Below, one piece after another: positions 7,660-16,750 of a DNA stretch of 64,000 bases (positions are counted from its first letter, which is position 1; the number at the start of each line of letters is the position of its first letter). This stretch comes from a virus (lineage: Duplodnaviria; Caudoviricetes). The DNA lies in IMG/VR virus record IMGVR_UViG_3300043642_000037, positions 64,001-128,000 of that record; one strand, 5' to 3'. The position numbers and the translations under genes are program-made. The notes beneath the pieces are model-generated. The model saw only the letters and a list, made by a program, of their open reading frames with translations, was not told the origin of the DNA and did no database searches.

Positions 7660-10527
7660 TCAGCCGATGACGACCGACCCCAGGAAGTCCACCACGTGCT
7701 CGACGTCGAGCACCAGGCCGACTATCGGATCCACGACGGATCCGATCTTCGCACGAGAAATGTCGAGCGCGCCCGACGAGGGCGATCTGCACTCGACCAT
7801 GCTGATCAGCGCGGCCATCTTGGGCGCGGTCTCGGTGACGTCCGGCACGTCCACGCCCTCGGCGGTGCCCCGCGTCGATCCGGGGCGAGGAGACAGCGCG
7901 GCCTGCCCCAGCGCGCCGATGCCGACCGCGAGCGGGGCCCGCGCCTTGCGGAGCCACGGATAGGCCGTCAGCATCTTGTAGCTTCCCAGCATGAGCGCCG
8001 TGCCTCCCAGCACCTTGCGCATGTGGGCGCGCGTGACCGCGTCCTGCGCCTCGAGAGCCGCCCCCCTGGTGGTGACCTCGTTCCCCGCGTGAAGGAGGTC
8101 CGTGGTCGGCGCGGCGTCGGGGCGCAGACCCGCCCCCTCGGGCACGAGGCGCCGGTACAGCATGTCGCCGGCGTAGGCGCGCTTCTCGCGGATCCTGGCG
8201 AGGGCGGACGCCAGGGCGGCGTCGACGTTGGACGCCTCGCCGAGCTTGCACTCGTCGAGCACGTGGTCGAGCAGCGACGGCGACTCGGAGAAAAGCTCCA
8301 GCGCCGCGTCAGCTGCGGCCGCGAGGCGGACCAGAACGTCGTGGGCGACCCTGGTCGGCCGGCCGGTCAGCTGGCTGATGGCCGCCTCGGCGAACTCCGC
8401 GTCCTTGAGGACCACGCCGGCTCGATCCGCGGTCGTGACGACGCCGCGGAGACCCACGCCGGGTGACAGCGCCGCGGCCTGCACGACGCGAGACGGCAAC
8501 CCCGGTGATCCCGACAGCCGGTCGCCCGCGTAGTCGCGAAACCGAACCGCGAGGTCCCTCTCGCCACGCGAAACGGTCGAGATCGCGATCGGCTCGCCGC
8601 GGATCACCTTGCTCATCTCCGACAGCTTTCGCGCCGCGGCCGTCTTCCGCGCCGCCGCGTCCGCCTCGACGCCGAGATCCGCCGCCAGGCGACCCCCGGC
8701 GTCCGCGACCTTCTTGAGCGTGTAGCCGATGCGGTCGGCCGGACGAAACACGCGGCTGATGTCGAAGAAGTCGGAGTCGGGGTTGTAGACGAAGTTCTTC
8801 GTGCCGTCGGGGTTGACCTGGTTCATCGCCAGCGCATGCTTGCAGTACTCGGCGCGGGACGGGGCCTTGTTGCCACACCGGGAGCACACGTCGTATTTGA
8901 TCTTGCAATTGTGAACAGCGAGGCCCTCGATGAGATAGCTCTCGTCTTCCTCAACTTCGAGATTGAACACTTGCGTCTCTGCGTACTGCGTTTCGATTTC
9001 CCGTATCGGAACGCAAACATAGTCTCCAACGATCTTTCTACTTTCCTTGCGGGCCAAGACCTCCCTTGCCTCGACCTTTGCGCAGGTAGTTTTCAGCTTA
9101 TATGCCCACTGTACACCGATGTGGATGACCCATTCAAACGTGTCTTCCGTGCTGAATCCGCTGCCAGCTTTGTGTGTCAGCTGATTGCAGGACGCGAGGA
9201 TTCCAAGCCGAAGAAGCATGTGACGCCACTGAGACGCTAAGTCACTCGAAGCGGTCGATACCTTCAACCAGCCGTCCCTACCGCAACCATCTCCGTTCGC
9301 GTACGCACCAAACAGCTCGCGCTGCATTTCAGGCGGCCAGTGCATTACGGCCTTCGATAATTTCTTTTGGCGGGCTGATACGCCTCCGTGCGTGAGGCAA
9401 AGCGCGGCTAGCTTGTCATCGCAAATCATGATTCCGCGCGCTGATTCACAATTCGCACGAACATACGTCCATGGTGCGTTTCGCGTTCCGAACTCCGCGC
9501 AGAGTTGACAAATTTCCGTGTGGATTGCGTCAGACTGATTCGTGGTCAGTTCGATGCCGTAAGGCGATCCTTCTCGCCAAATGATGTGACCTTCCGCCAC
9601 GTAATAGCCGAGCAGTCGAGCGAACGTACGGGACAGCTCAGGGGTTGTCGCTTCCGTTCGATCAATCGGAGCCAGCAGGAGTTGCGATTCCAGGCATGAT
9701 GCGTGCGTCCATTCACCTTCGACGCGAGCGTCTGGCCGCCAGCGTACGTTGCCTTTGGCTCGTTCTTTTTCTTTTACGGAGCCCCACGCGGTCGTCCAAA
9801 ATGGATGTTCGTCCGTTGCGTAGATGGTCGCGTGCGCTTCGCCGCGGATGGCGTGGATGTTTCCACGGTAAGGACGTTTGTGAGTGCTTGAGACGCGACG
9901 CGCTCTGCCTCGATGTGTAATGACCTCGTCGCCTTCGATGATCTCTTCGATGGCTTTTTGCGTCCCGTCAGCCAGGGTGACTCGGGCACCTGCCAAGAAG
10001 CAGCCCATCGACACTGCCGGGAACTCGCCCTGCTCGACGCGGTCCACCCACTCCGCGTCCTTTTCGTTGTCGATGACCGTCAGCAGCTCCACGCGGTGCA
10101 TGCGCGGGTTCCAGAACGCGCGTTTGACGTAGCCCGACGCCTTGGCAGGATCCTTGTTCTGGTGGTGCTTGAACGTGTGCGCCGGGTTGGTCTCGAACGT
10201 CCGATAGGTCTGGGTCAGCTCCTGGCCCGGGGCGACCCACCAGCGCTCGCCGCGAGCCGTGGCCTCCTTGCCGCGGGCGGGGACCGGATACTCCGAGAAG
10301 CCGTCACCGTTGCGGTTGGGCCCGTAGGTCTCCTCCGCGCCCATGGCGAGGAGCAGCAGGTGGGTCTTTCCGGGCTCCGGGCTGACGTTCTTGATGTAGT
10401 CGAGCGCGTCGGACGCGTGCTTGGTCACCCTGCCGACGTCGAACCGCCCTCCTCGCAGGGGCAGCACGAGCTGGAGGGTCAGCTCTCCCGTCGGAAACGT
10501 GTCCGCGAACTCGATGATCTTCTTCAC
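7660..10527 (-). CDS. prohead maturation protease (Ser/His) with Zn-finger, interrupted by an intein
   Basis: 'NRNGDGF', 'FKHHQN', 'PAVSMG|C', then CxxC..CxH and 'FFDISRVFRPAD'; located in the head operon. Confidence 0.8.
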   Translation of the reverse strand: MKKIIEFADTFPTGELTLQLVLPLRGGRFDVGRVTKHASDALDYIKNVSPEPGKTHLLLLAMGAEETYGPNRNGDGFSEYPVPARGKEATARGERWWVAPGQELTQTYRTFETNPAHTFKHHQNKDPAKASGYVKRAFWNPRMHRVELLTVIDNEKDAEWVDRVEQGEFPAVSMGCFLAGARVTLADGTQKAIEEIIEGDEVITHRGRARRVSSTHKRPYRGNIHAIRGEAHATIYATDEHPFWTTAWGSVKEKERAKGNVRWRPDARVEGEWTHASCLESQLLLAPIDRTEATTPELSRTFARLLGYYVAEGHIIWREGSPYGIELTTNQSDAIHTEICQLCAEFGTRNAPWTYVRANCESARGIMICDDKLAALCLTHGGVSARQKKLSKAVMHWPPEMQRELFGAYANGDGCGRDGWLKVSTASSDLASQWRHMLLRLGILASCNQLTHKAGSGFSTEDTFEWVIHIGVQWAYKLKTTCAKVEAREVLARKESRKIVGDYVCVPIREIETQYAETQVFNLEVEEDESYLIEGLAVHNCKIKYDVCSRCGNKAPSRAEYCKHALAMNQVNPDGTKNFVYNPDSDFFDISRVFRPADRIGYTLKKVADAGGRLAADLGVEADAAARKTAAARKLSEMSKVIRGEPIAISTVSRGERDLAVRFRDYAGDRLSGSPGLPSRVVQAAALSPGVGLRGVVTTADRAGVVLKDAEFAEAAISQLTGRPTRVAHDVLVRLAAAADAALELFSESPSLLDHVLDECKLGEASNVDAALASALARIREKRAYAGDMLYRRLVPEGAGLRPDAAPTTDLLHAGNEVTTRGAALEAQDAVTRAHMRKVLGGTALMLGSYKMLTAYPWLRKARAPLAVGIGALGQAALSPRPGSTRGTAEGVDVPDVTETAPKMAALISMVECRSPSSGALDISRAKIGSVVDPIVGLVLDVEHVVDFLGSVVIG
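8908..10002 (-). mobile_element. intein with LAGLIDADG homing endonuclease (365 aa) in the prohead protease
   Basis: Starts CFLAGARV, ends VFNLEVEEDESYLIEGLAVHN, +1 Cys; 'LLGYYVAEG' and 'FGAYANGDG' blocks; visibly lower GC than the exteins. Confidence 0.93.
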
Positions 10528-11066
10528 GGAAGGATTCCCCGCACCGCGCGCATCGCGTCGAGCCTGTGCCCGATGAGGTGCACCAGCGCGGCGTGCTTAT
10601 CCGCGGCGGCGCCCGATCGGCAGGCGTCCTCGAGCAGGTCGTCGACGCGCAGGTCGGCGGCTAGCCGCTGCATCGGGTCGACCGGTCCCTGATCCGGCTG
10701 CGCGCGAGAGCGAACCGCCGACTGCAGCATGCCGCCCAGTGATTGCATGCCGCCGACGCCGGCCGCGGTCAGCAGCGCCTGGTTTCGGGCGTCGCGGACC
10801 AGGTCCTTGGCGTGCGAGTGCGCGTCCGAGATCAGGGCGTGCCCCACTCCGAGCGCCGGAAGCCCGAGACCGAGGCCCCACGCCAGCGGGCGCTTGGCCA
10901 GGGACAGCGTCTCCTCCAGGCCGGCGGTCTTGACGCTGGCGTACGCCCCGAAGTCGAACACGGCCTGCCTCTCGCGCAGCTCAGCCGCGCGGGGATCGCC
11001 GTGTCTCAGCGCGGCCCGCTTCTCGGCGAGCGCGGCGGACGCGCGTATGACGTCGGCGAGGTTCAC
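10524..11066 (-). CDS. head/core protein with hydrophobic Gly-rich helices
   Basis: EKRAA, VKTAG, DKHAA; 'LAWGLGLGLPALGVG' segment; coupled stop/start. Confidence 0.6.
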   Translation of the reverse strand: MNLADVIRASAALAEKRAALRHGDPRAAELRERQAVFDFGAYASVKTAGLEETLSLAKRPLAWGLGLGLPALGVGHALISDAHSHAKDLVRDARNQALLTAAGVGGMQSLGGMLQSAVRSRAQPDQGPVDPMQRLAADLRVDDLLEDACRSGAAADKHAALVHLIGHRLDAMRAVRGILP

Positions 11067-11069
11067 GCG

Positions 11070-11342
11070 TCACGCGTCCCGCGCGGGCGACACCGAGTCG
11101 CGGATCCGACGCTCGCCCTCCGCGGACAGGCGCTCGCCGCTCGCAGCTGCCAGCGACAGGATGCCGCCGGCGACGAGCCTCGCGGTCTTCCTTCGGACGA
11201 ACGATCGCGCGCCGATGAGACCCGCCACCTTTCCCGGGTGAAGCTCGCCCACGCCCGCGATCTCGCCGACGATACGATGCAGGCCCGCGGCCTTGACGAT
11301 CGCGACTGTTTCGGGCCTCAGGAGGTTGTCGAGAGTGGCCAT
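11070..11342 (-). CDS. small head/core protein
   Basis: 90 aa; VKAAG, GKVAG, RKTAR. Confidence 0.55.
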   Translation of the reverse strand: MATLDNLLRPETVAIVKAAGLHRIVGEIAGVGELHPGKVAGLIGARSFVRRKTARLVAGGILSLAAASGERLSAEGERRIRDSVSPARDA

Positions 11343-11344
11343 CG

Positions 11345-12181
11345 CTACTTGTCCTTTCCGCCGCCGGTAACCGAGCGCTCGGAGTCCGCGATCAACTTGA
11401 TCGACATGTAGTCCGGCCCAGACCCCGACATCACCGCCTGTCGGAGGAACGAGCGGACCGCGTTCTTGTCGGTGGATAGGGTCGGCGCGAATCGAGCCAT
11501 CGTATGGTAGGCCTCCATCAGCGTCCTGTCGTCGGCGGCGGACAGAACCGGGTCGCTCTGCTTGAGGTCGCCCAGGATCGCGTGGCGCGCGGACTCGTCG
11601 CCGGCGCGGCTGACCGACTCCATGGCCTTGTTCGCGATGTCCCGGAGGAGGTTCGCGCCCGTGGTGCCCATCTCCTTGCCGAACGCGGATATCGCGGCCG
11701 ACCCGCCCATGTGCATGGGGTCCTTGCGCTCGCCGAACTCCCGGCCGAGGAGCATGCGCTTGATCGACTCTCCGATGCCCCCGCTGATCCCGGAGGCCAC
11801 GCCCTGAAGCGGCGCCGCGCCAACCTGGCTCAGCCCTCCCATCAGGCCGGATGGCTTGCCTGAGTGCATGCCTTGGCCCAGCATCTGGTCCCCGACGTTG
11901 CCCGCGAACTCCCCGATCGCACTGCCGGCACGCCTCACGGGCCCGTTGGAGGACATGGCCTGCGTGAAGGGCAGCGCGAACTGCGGAGGCAGCGCCGCGA
12001 CCTTGGACCCTGCCGCGCGATCCAGCGCCTTCTCGGTGCCCGACGCCCGGTGCACCGCCTTCTCCGCGATTCCCGGCAGCATGGCGCCGACCGCGAGGGG
12101 GAGAACGACGCCGGCCCGCTTCCGGACGAAGCGGTCCGCGCCGTGACGAGCGACCATGCCGACGATGTCTTTCAGCTGCAC
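11345..12181 (-). CDS. Gly-rich head/core protein
   Basis: RKRAG, SKVAA; Gly-rich helices, then a globular C-terminus (DPVL..FAPTLSTD..FLRQ). Confidence 0.6.
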   Translation of the reverse strand: MQLKDIVGMVARHGADRFVRKRAGVVLPLAVGAMLPGIAEKAVHRASGTEKALDRAAGSKVAALPPQFALPFTQAMSSNGPVRRAGSAIGEFAGNVGDQMLGQGMHSGKPSGLMGGLSQVGAAPLQGVASGISGGIGESIKRMLLGREFGERKDPMHMGGSAAISAFGKEMGTTGANLLRDIANKAMESVSRAGDESARHAILGDLKQSDPVLSAADDRTLMEAYHTMARFAPTLSTDKNAVRSFLRQAVMSGSGPDYMSIKLIADSERSVTGGGKDK

Positions 12182-13038
12182 AGGGACCTCACGTGTGTCG
12201 CGGCGTCGCGGACTCGCGCGGCCTGACGGGCCACCTTGACGAGCGCGCAGAACTCGCGAAGCGGTGGGGTGTCGTCGACGACGTGGCGGTCTCTGAGCTG
12301 GGCCGTCTTCTCGAGAGCCTCGCGCCCGCGCAGAGGGAGCCCGCGCTCGCGTCGCATGAGGTTGATGACGGCGAGCCCGTGTGAGTCGCCCTCGACGGAC
12401 ATCGCGTCCTTCTCGAAGTCTTCGAAGCGAGGAGCCCCGTGCGCGAGCTTGAACAGCCGCGCCAGACGGCCGTAGCCGTCGTCGAATGCCATCTCGGCTT
12501 CGACCAGCTGGTCGTCGAACACCGTCGCCAGCTTGGCCAGGCGATGACCCTTGACCATCGCCTCCTTCTGCGTGTCCTTGTCGCGGGCCCTGGCCGGCGG
12601 CTTGTCGCCGGCTTTCGGCTCGCCGGAGGGTCCGCTGCGCCCCAGGATCGCCTCGCCCTCCCCGACGGGCTGCTTGCGCAGCGAACCCATCTCATCCGGA
12701 AGCGGCGCGTCGTCCCCGTCCGGCGGGGACGGCGCCGACGGCTCGGCGCCGTCGAGCTGCGGGCCCGAGTCGATGATGGACTTGATGACGGATCGGGTCT
12801 CGAGCGGCTCGAACTCGTGGGTCATGTCCCGCTGACCGTCGGCCTTGCGCGCCTCCATCATGCGCAGGAACGCCATCGTGTTGGCCGCCTGAACGAGGCG
12901 CTCGATCTGGTCGGCGTTGAGCTGGCCGTGAACGGCTTCCTCGACGGCCGCGTCGGCCATCTTGACCCCGCGCGCGAGGAATCCGTCGACAACGCGGCCA
13001 GCCATCTCGTCGTAGTCTTGTTCCCTGAGAGCCCGCAT
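12172..13038 (-). CDS. head/core protein
   Basis: 'LNADQIERLVQAANTMAF' N-domain; many K-x-A sites. Confidence 0.6.
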   Translation of the reverse strand: MRALREQDYDEMAGRVVDGFLARGVKMADAAVEEAVHGQLNADQIERLVQAANTMAFLRMMEARKADGQRDMTHEFEPLETRSVIKSIIDSGPQLDGAEPSAPSPPDGDDAPLPDEMGSLRKQPVGEGEAILGRSGPSGEPKAGDKPPARARDKDTQKEAMVKGHRLAKLATVFDDQLVEAEMAFDDGYGRLARLFKLAHGAPRFEDFEKDAMSVEGDSHGLAVINLMRRERGLPLRGREALEKTAQLRDRHVVDDTPPLREFCALVKVARQAARVRDAATHVRSLCS

Positions 13039-13706
13039 CAGTGGAGAACCTCCGCCGTCTTGTCGACGAATTCAATCGAGGACGTCATCTCTCGATGTTT
13101 GATTTTGAGCGCGACGCTCTCGGTCATCGGCGCCCGCTTGGCGAGAACGGCGGCCTGCGCGACCGCCATCTGCTGGTGCTTGAGGGCCTCGCGCGCCACG
13201 CCGCTGTCCAGTCCGGCCTCGCGCCCCATCAACGCCTTGAAGTGCCCGTCGACCATGGCCTGCGTCTGGACGACTCCCGGGTCGATGATGACCGGCAGGC
13301 CCGACAGGTACGCGACCGCCTCGACGCCGTACATGACAGCCCAGCGAACGTACTGCGTTGATCCCACGACCGCGTCGGGCGCCTCGCTCGCCTCGCGCAC
13401 CCACTCGACCAGGTCGATGTGGTCCCGGAACACCGCGACGTCGAAGAACAGGTGACGGAAGGCCCTGATGACGTCGAAGGACAGTCGCGTCCGTCGGCTG
13501 ATCTCCTCATCGTTCGAGGTCGCGAGCAGCCACCCGCGCATGCAATCGCACGCCTTGCCCGCGCTCAGCTCGAGAGCCCTGACCACCGACTCGTCGGCTG
13601 GCTGACCCCTGCGGGACAACCACAGCGCCCGCTCGAAAGGATGCTCCGGCTGGTCGCGGGACGCGATCGCGGCAATCGCTCGATGGTCGGGGTTACGGCG
13701 TGGCAT
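13038..13706 (-). CDS. HTH-containing hypothetical protein (candidate small terminase)
   Basis: Start re-assigned to ATG 13706; HTH-like 'DEEISRRTRLSFDVIRAFRHLFFD'; function is a guess from context. Confidence 0.4.
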   Translation of the reverse strand: MPRRNPDHRAIAAIASRDQPEHPFERALWLSRRGQPADESVVRALELSAGKACDCMRGWLLATSNDEEISRRTRLSFDVIRAFRHLFFDVAVFRDHIDLVEWVREASEAPDAVVGSTQYVRWAVMYGVEAVAYLSGLPVIIDPGVVQTQAMVDGHFKALMGREAGLDSGVAREALKHQQMAVAQAAVLAKRAPMTESVALKIKHREMTSSIEFVDKTAEVLH

Positions 13707-16536
13707 AGCCCTCAGGGTCCTTCGCGCCCTGAACGCCACGCGCCAGACGAAGCACGATGTCCCCCAGGCTCTTGAACGTGGAGCCCAAGCTCTGCTCGAG
13801 AGCGTCGAACACCGACTCGCCCACGCGCTCCTTGAGATCCGACTCCTGCATCCACAACGTGAGCTGGACACGCGCGAGATTGTCGACCGCCTTCTCGAGG
13901 TTCGGCAGGTGCTGGCCGACAACCGCGTGAAGCTCCGGCGACTGCACGAGCGTCGCGACGGCGGCGACGTCGAAGATGTCCGGAGGCAGCGCGCTCGCCT
14001 GCTGAAGGAACTGCGGGTTGACCTCCGCGTCCAGCGCGTGCCCGTTGGGGCCGTCGACAGGCATCAAAGCGCCGGGCGCGGGGCCTTGTCCGCCCATCGG
14101 ACCCATGCCGGAAGCGCCCATGCCCTGATCACCCATCGGGTCGCTCATCGGGTCCGCGCCCATGGGCGGCATACCCGGATCTCCACCCATCGAAGCCGGA
14201 TCCATCGGTCCAGCACCCATGCCCGGAGCGCCGCCCATCGGGTCTGCGCCCATGCCTGGAGCGCCGCCCATCGAAGCCGGATCCATCGGTCCGGCACCCA
14301 TGCCTGGAGCACCACCCATCGGATCGCCGCCGGGCGCCCCCGGCATCCCGGGGTTCATCGGCTGGCCCGTGGCGAGGTTCGCCGATGACGGCGGCGCACC
14401 CATCATCTGGGTCTGCGTCGAGGCCGACATCGGTGCTCCACCCGCGATCTCGTGCGAGCGCTGGACAAGCGTGGCGAGCATCTGCTGCTTGTCCTGGAGC
14501 TTCTGCATCTCGGCTTGGATCGCCTGGTCCATCTCCATCGCCGCCAGCTCGACGGGCGACGGAGGGGGTGGGGCCGGAGGCGGACCCATCACGGCCTGTG
14601 CCGCGCCGGCGGCCAGGTCGGGTTCGGGGGCGGGTTCTGCGGAGGCGGGCGGCTTCCGCTTCTTTCCGCCGCCGCGGTCGCCGCTCTTGTCGCCGCCCTT
14701 GTCGCCGCCCTTGTCGTCGTCAGCAGCCAGCTTGTCGACGGCCATCTGCGCGCGCGCGACCTGCTCGGTCGACACGACCCACGCGCGGGCCGAGCCGTCT
14801 CGCGTCGCCTGGTCGAGCAGCATGCCGGCGGCCGCGACCTTGATTCCGTAGTCGGCCGCGACCTTGCGGAGAGCCTGCACGCGACCGACACCGGGACGGC
14901 CGTCGACGGAGAACTGCCGAGCCCCCGCGTCTTTGATCGACACCTTTCGCGCTCCGACCGCGGCGAGCGACGACGACACGCATCGCGCCAGGTCGTGCGC
15001 CGACTGGAACCACGCCCTCTCGTCGAGGCGCTCCCGCAACGGAATCCATATGAAGTCAGGCGGGATGTACACCACGTCCGCGCCCTTCGGCATCACGATT
15101 CCGCCGAGCGGGCTGCGCGGGTCCGTGACCAGCGTTTTTTCCTCGGTGAATCCGCGCACCGCGGTGACCCGCATGCGGCGAACGCCGTCGGCGCCGGTGG
15201 TGACCGACTTGATGTCGAGCGGGATGGTGGCCTGGAACGTCGAGCCCTTCTGGCGCACGAACAGGCCCTTGCCCGCGCGCGGCTGACCGTCGACGTCCTT
15301 GAACAAGCGCTTGTGCAGCGGGCCGGACAGCTCGTCCGCGACCGAGTCGCGACCGACCAGGCGATCCGGCTCGATGTAGTCCCCGTCGCCGAACACGGCC
15401 ACGTACTTCGAGACGTTCCACCGCCTGCGCGTGACGTAGTCGGTCTCGTCGGGCCTGCCCATCGGGTAGACCTTGTTGGCGCTGCGTCCGACGCCGCCGG
15501 GGCGACGCTCGTTGAGCAGGGGGTTGTGGCCCGCGACGGCAGGACGTCGCCCGTACTGCGTTCCCTCCCCGAGGACGTCGATCGGGTCGGAGACAACGAG
15601 CGCCGGACGCTCCTTGCCCGTGGACTCGTAGAGAACGTACACACCCGGCTGGTTCGGCTCGATCCAGCGCTCGTAGGGCTGGACCTGCACGGTCAGGTTG
15701 TGGGACGCGCGGTCGTCGCGAACCGCGTAGCCCTCGCGACGAACCCCGGCGTACGCCTCGCCCGCCTTGTCGCCGAACATGCGATGGAACTCCGACGGGG
15801 TGGTGTCCTTGTCGGCGATCCACAGCGCGCCGCCGAAGCTCTGCTTGGCGGCGACTTTCTCGAGGCCGGGGCGCAAGGCGTGCGACAGCTCCGACATGCC
15901 GTACGCGGCCGCGGCTGCCTTCAGGATGCGAGGATTGTGCGCGAGCACGTGTTGAAAGGCCGACTTGACGCGGTTGGACGCGGACCGCAGAAGAGGCAAA
16001 AGCAACTCGGGCTGCTTGTCGTCGCCCTCCTTGGTCAGGTTACTCGGCGACATGACCTGCTCGAGGTCCAGCATGGCTGACGCGTAGGAGAACCTGCCCG
16101 TGATGGGCGGCACCACGATGTTCCGTATGTCGACGTCCGTGTACAGCGTCTCGGGCGTCTTCACGCCGGTTCCCAGCGACGCCAGCCCGGCCTTGGCTAG
16201 CTCGTCCAGCCACCCCTTGTTGAGGGGGAGGAACATGTTGAGTGCCTTGTGGTACATGATGTCCAGCGGCTTGATCGCGCTGTTGGACATCACGACGGGG
16301 ACGTACAGCGACTGGCCGTGGCGCGAGACTACGAAGGCGCCCACGCCGTAGCCCTTGTCGACGTCGGTCGACAGGACCTTGAAGGTCACCACGTCCGGGA
16401 CCAGGTCCGGGACCCTCTGCGTGAGCAGCTGGTACGCCATCTCGCTCAGTCCGGACTCGAACAAGCTGGTGGCCTGGTCGGGACTTTGGCCCGTTCCTCC
16501 TTGGAGTTGCTGCATGCGCGGGCTGAGCGGGGGCAT
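13693..16536 (-). CDS. large head/core protein (947 aa) with Gly-Pro-Met low-complexity region
   Basis: RBS AAGGA; EKVAA, RKVAA, IKVAA, DKLAA; PGMG repeats near the C-terminus. Confidence 0.7.
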   Translation of the reverse strand: MPPLSPRMQQLQGGTGQSPDQATSLFESGLSEMAYQLLTQRVPDLVPDVVTFKVLSTDVDKGYGVGAFVVSRHGQSLYVPVVMSNSAIKPLDIMYHKALNMFLPLNKGWLDELAKAGLASLGTGVKTPETLYTDVDIRNIVVPPITGRFSYASAMLDLEQVMSPSNLTKEGDDKQPELLLPLLRSASNRVKSAFQHVLAHNPRILKAAAAAYGMSELSHALRPGLEKVAAKQSFGGALWIADKDTTPSEFHRMFGDKAGEAYAGVRREGYAVRDDRASHNLTVQVQPYERWIEPNQPGVYVLYESTGKERPALVVSDPIDVLGEGTQYGRRPAVAGHNPLLNERRPGGVGRSANKVYPMGRPDETDYVTRRRWNVSKYVAVFGDGDYIEPDRLVGRDSVADELSGPLHKRLFKDVDGQPRAGKGLFVRQKGSTFQATIPLDIKSVTTGADGVRRMRVTAVRGFTEEKTLVTDPRSPLGGIVMPKGADVVYIPPDFIWIPLRERLDERAWFQSAHDLARCVSSSLAAVGARKVSIKDAGARQFSVDGRPGVGRVQALRKVAADYGIKVAAAGMLLDQATRDGSARAWVVSTEQVARAQMAVDKLAADDDKGGDKGGDKSGDRGGGKKRKPPASAEPAPEPDLAAGAAQAVMGPPPAPPPPSPVELAAMEMDQAIQAEMQKLQDKQQMLATLVQRSHEIAGGAPMSASTQTQMMGAPPSSANLATGQPMNPGMPGAPGGDPMGGAPGMGAGPMDPASMGGAPGMGADPMGGAPGMGAGPMDPASMGGDPGMPPMGADPMSDPMGDQGMGASGMGPMGGQGPAPGALMPVDGPNGHALDAEVNPQFLQQASALPPDIFDVAAVATLVQSPELHAVVGQHLPNLEKAVDNLARVQLTLWMQESDLKERVGESVFDALEQSLGSTFKSLGDIVLRLARGVQGAKDPEGYATP
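14090..14360 (-). repeat. coding repeats GAPGMGAGPMDPASMGG (x2) and GADPM-type units
   Basis: DNA repeat cccatcgaagccggatccatcggtcc at about 14186 and 14267. Confidence 0.8.
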
Positions 16537-16546
16537 TGGTTCCTTG

Positions 16547-16747
16547 CTACGTGGCGGGAAAGCTCACAACTTTTGGGATGTTCGCATCGGGAATGGCTCT
16601 TGCCTTCTCGACCTCGACGACCTTCTTGGCGTGCTCATGTCCCAGCGTGTGCGTTGCGATCTCGGCGCTCGGCCTCCGGTGATGGTCGTGTGCGAGATGA
16701 TGTTCGATCTGCCGGAGGCCCTCGTGACGGACGTGTCGCGGCAGCAC
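16547..16747 (-). CDS. His-rich small protein (66 aa)
   Basis: Fills the gap between two operon genes; 10 His in the first ~40 aa. Confidence 0.45.
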   Translation of the reverse strand: MLPRHVRHEGLRQIEHHLAHDHHRRPSAEIATHTLGHEHAKKVVEVEKARAIPDANIPKVVSFPAT

Positions 16748-16750
16748 GGA

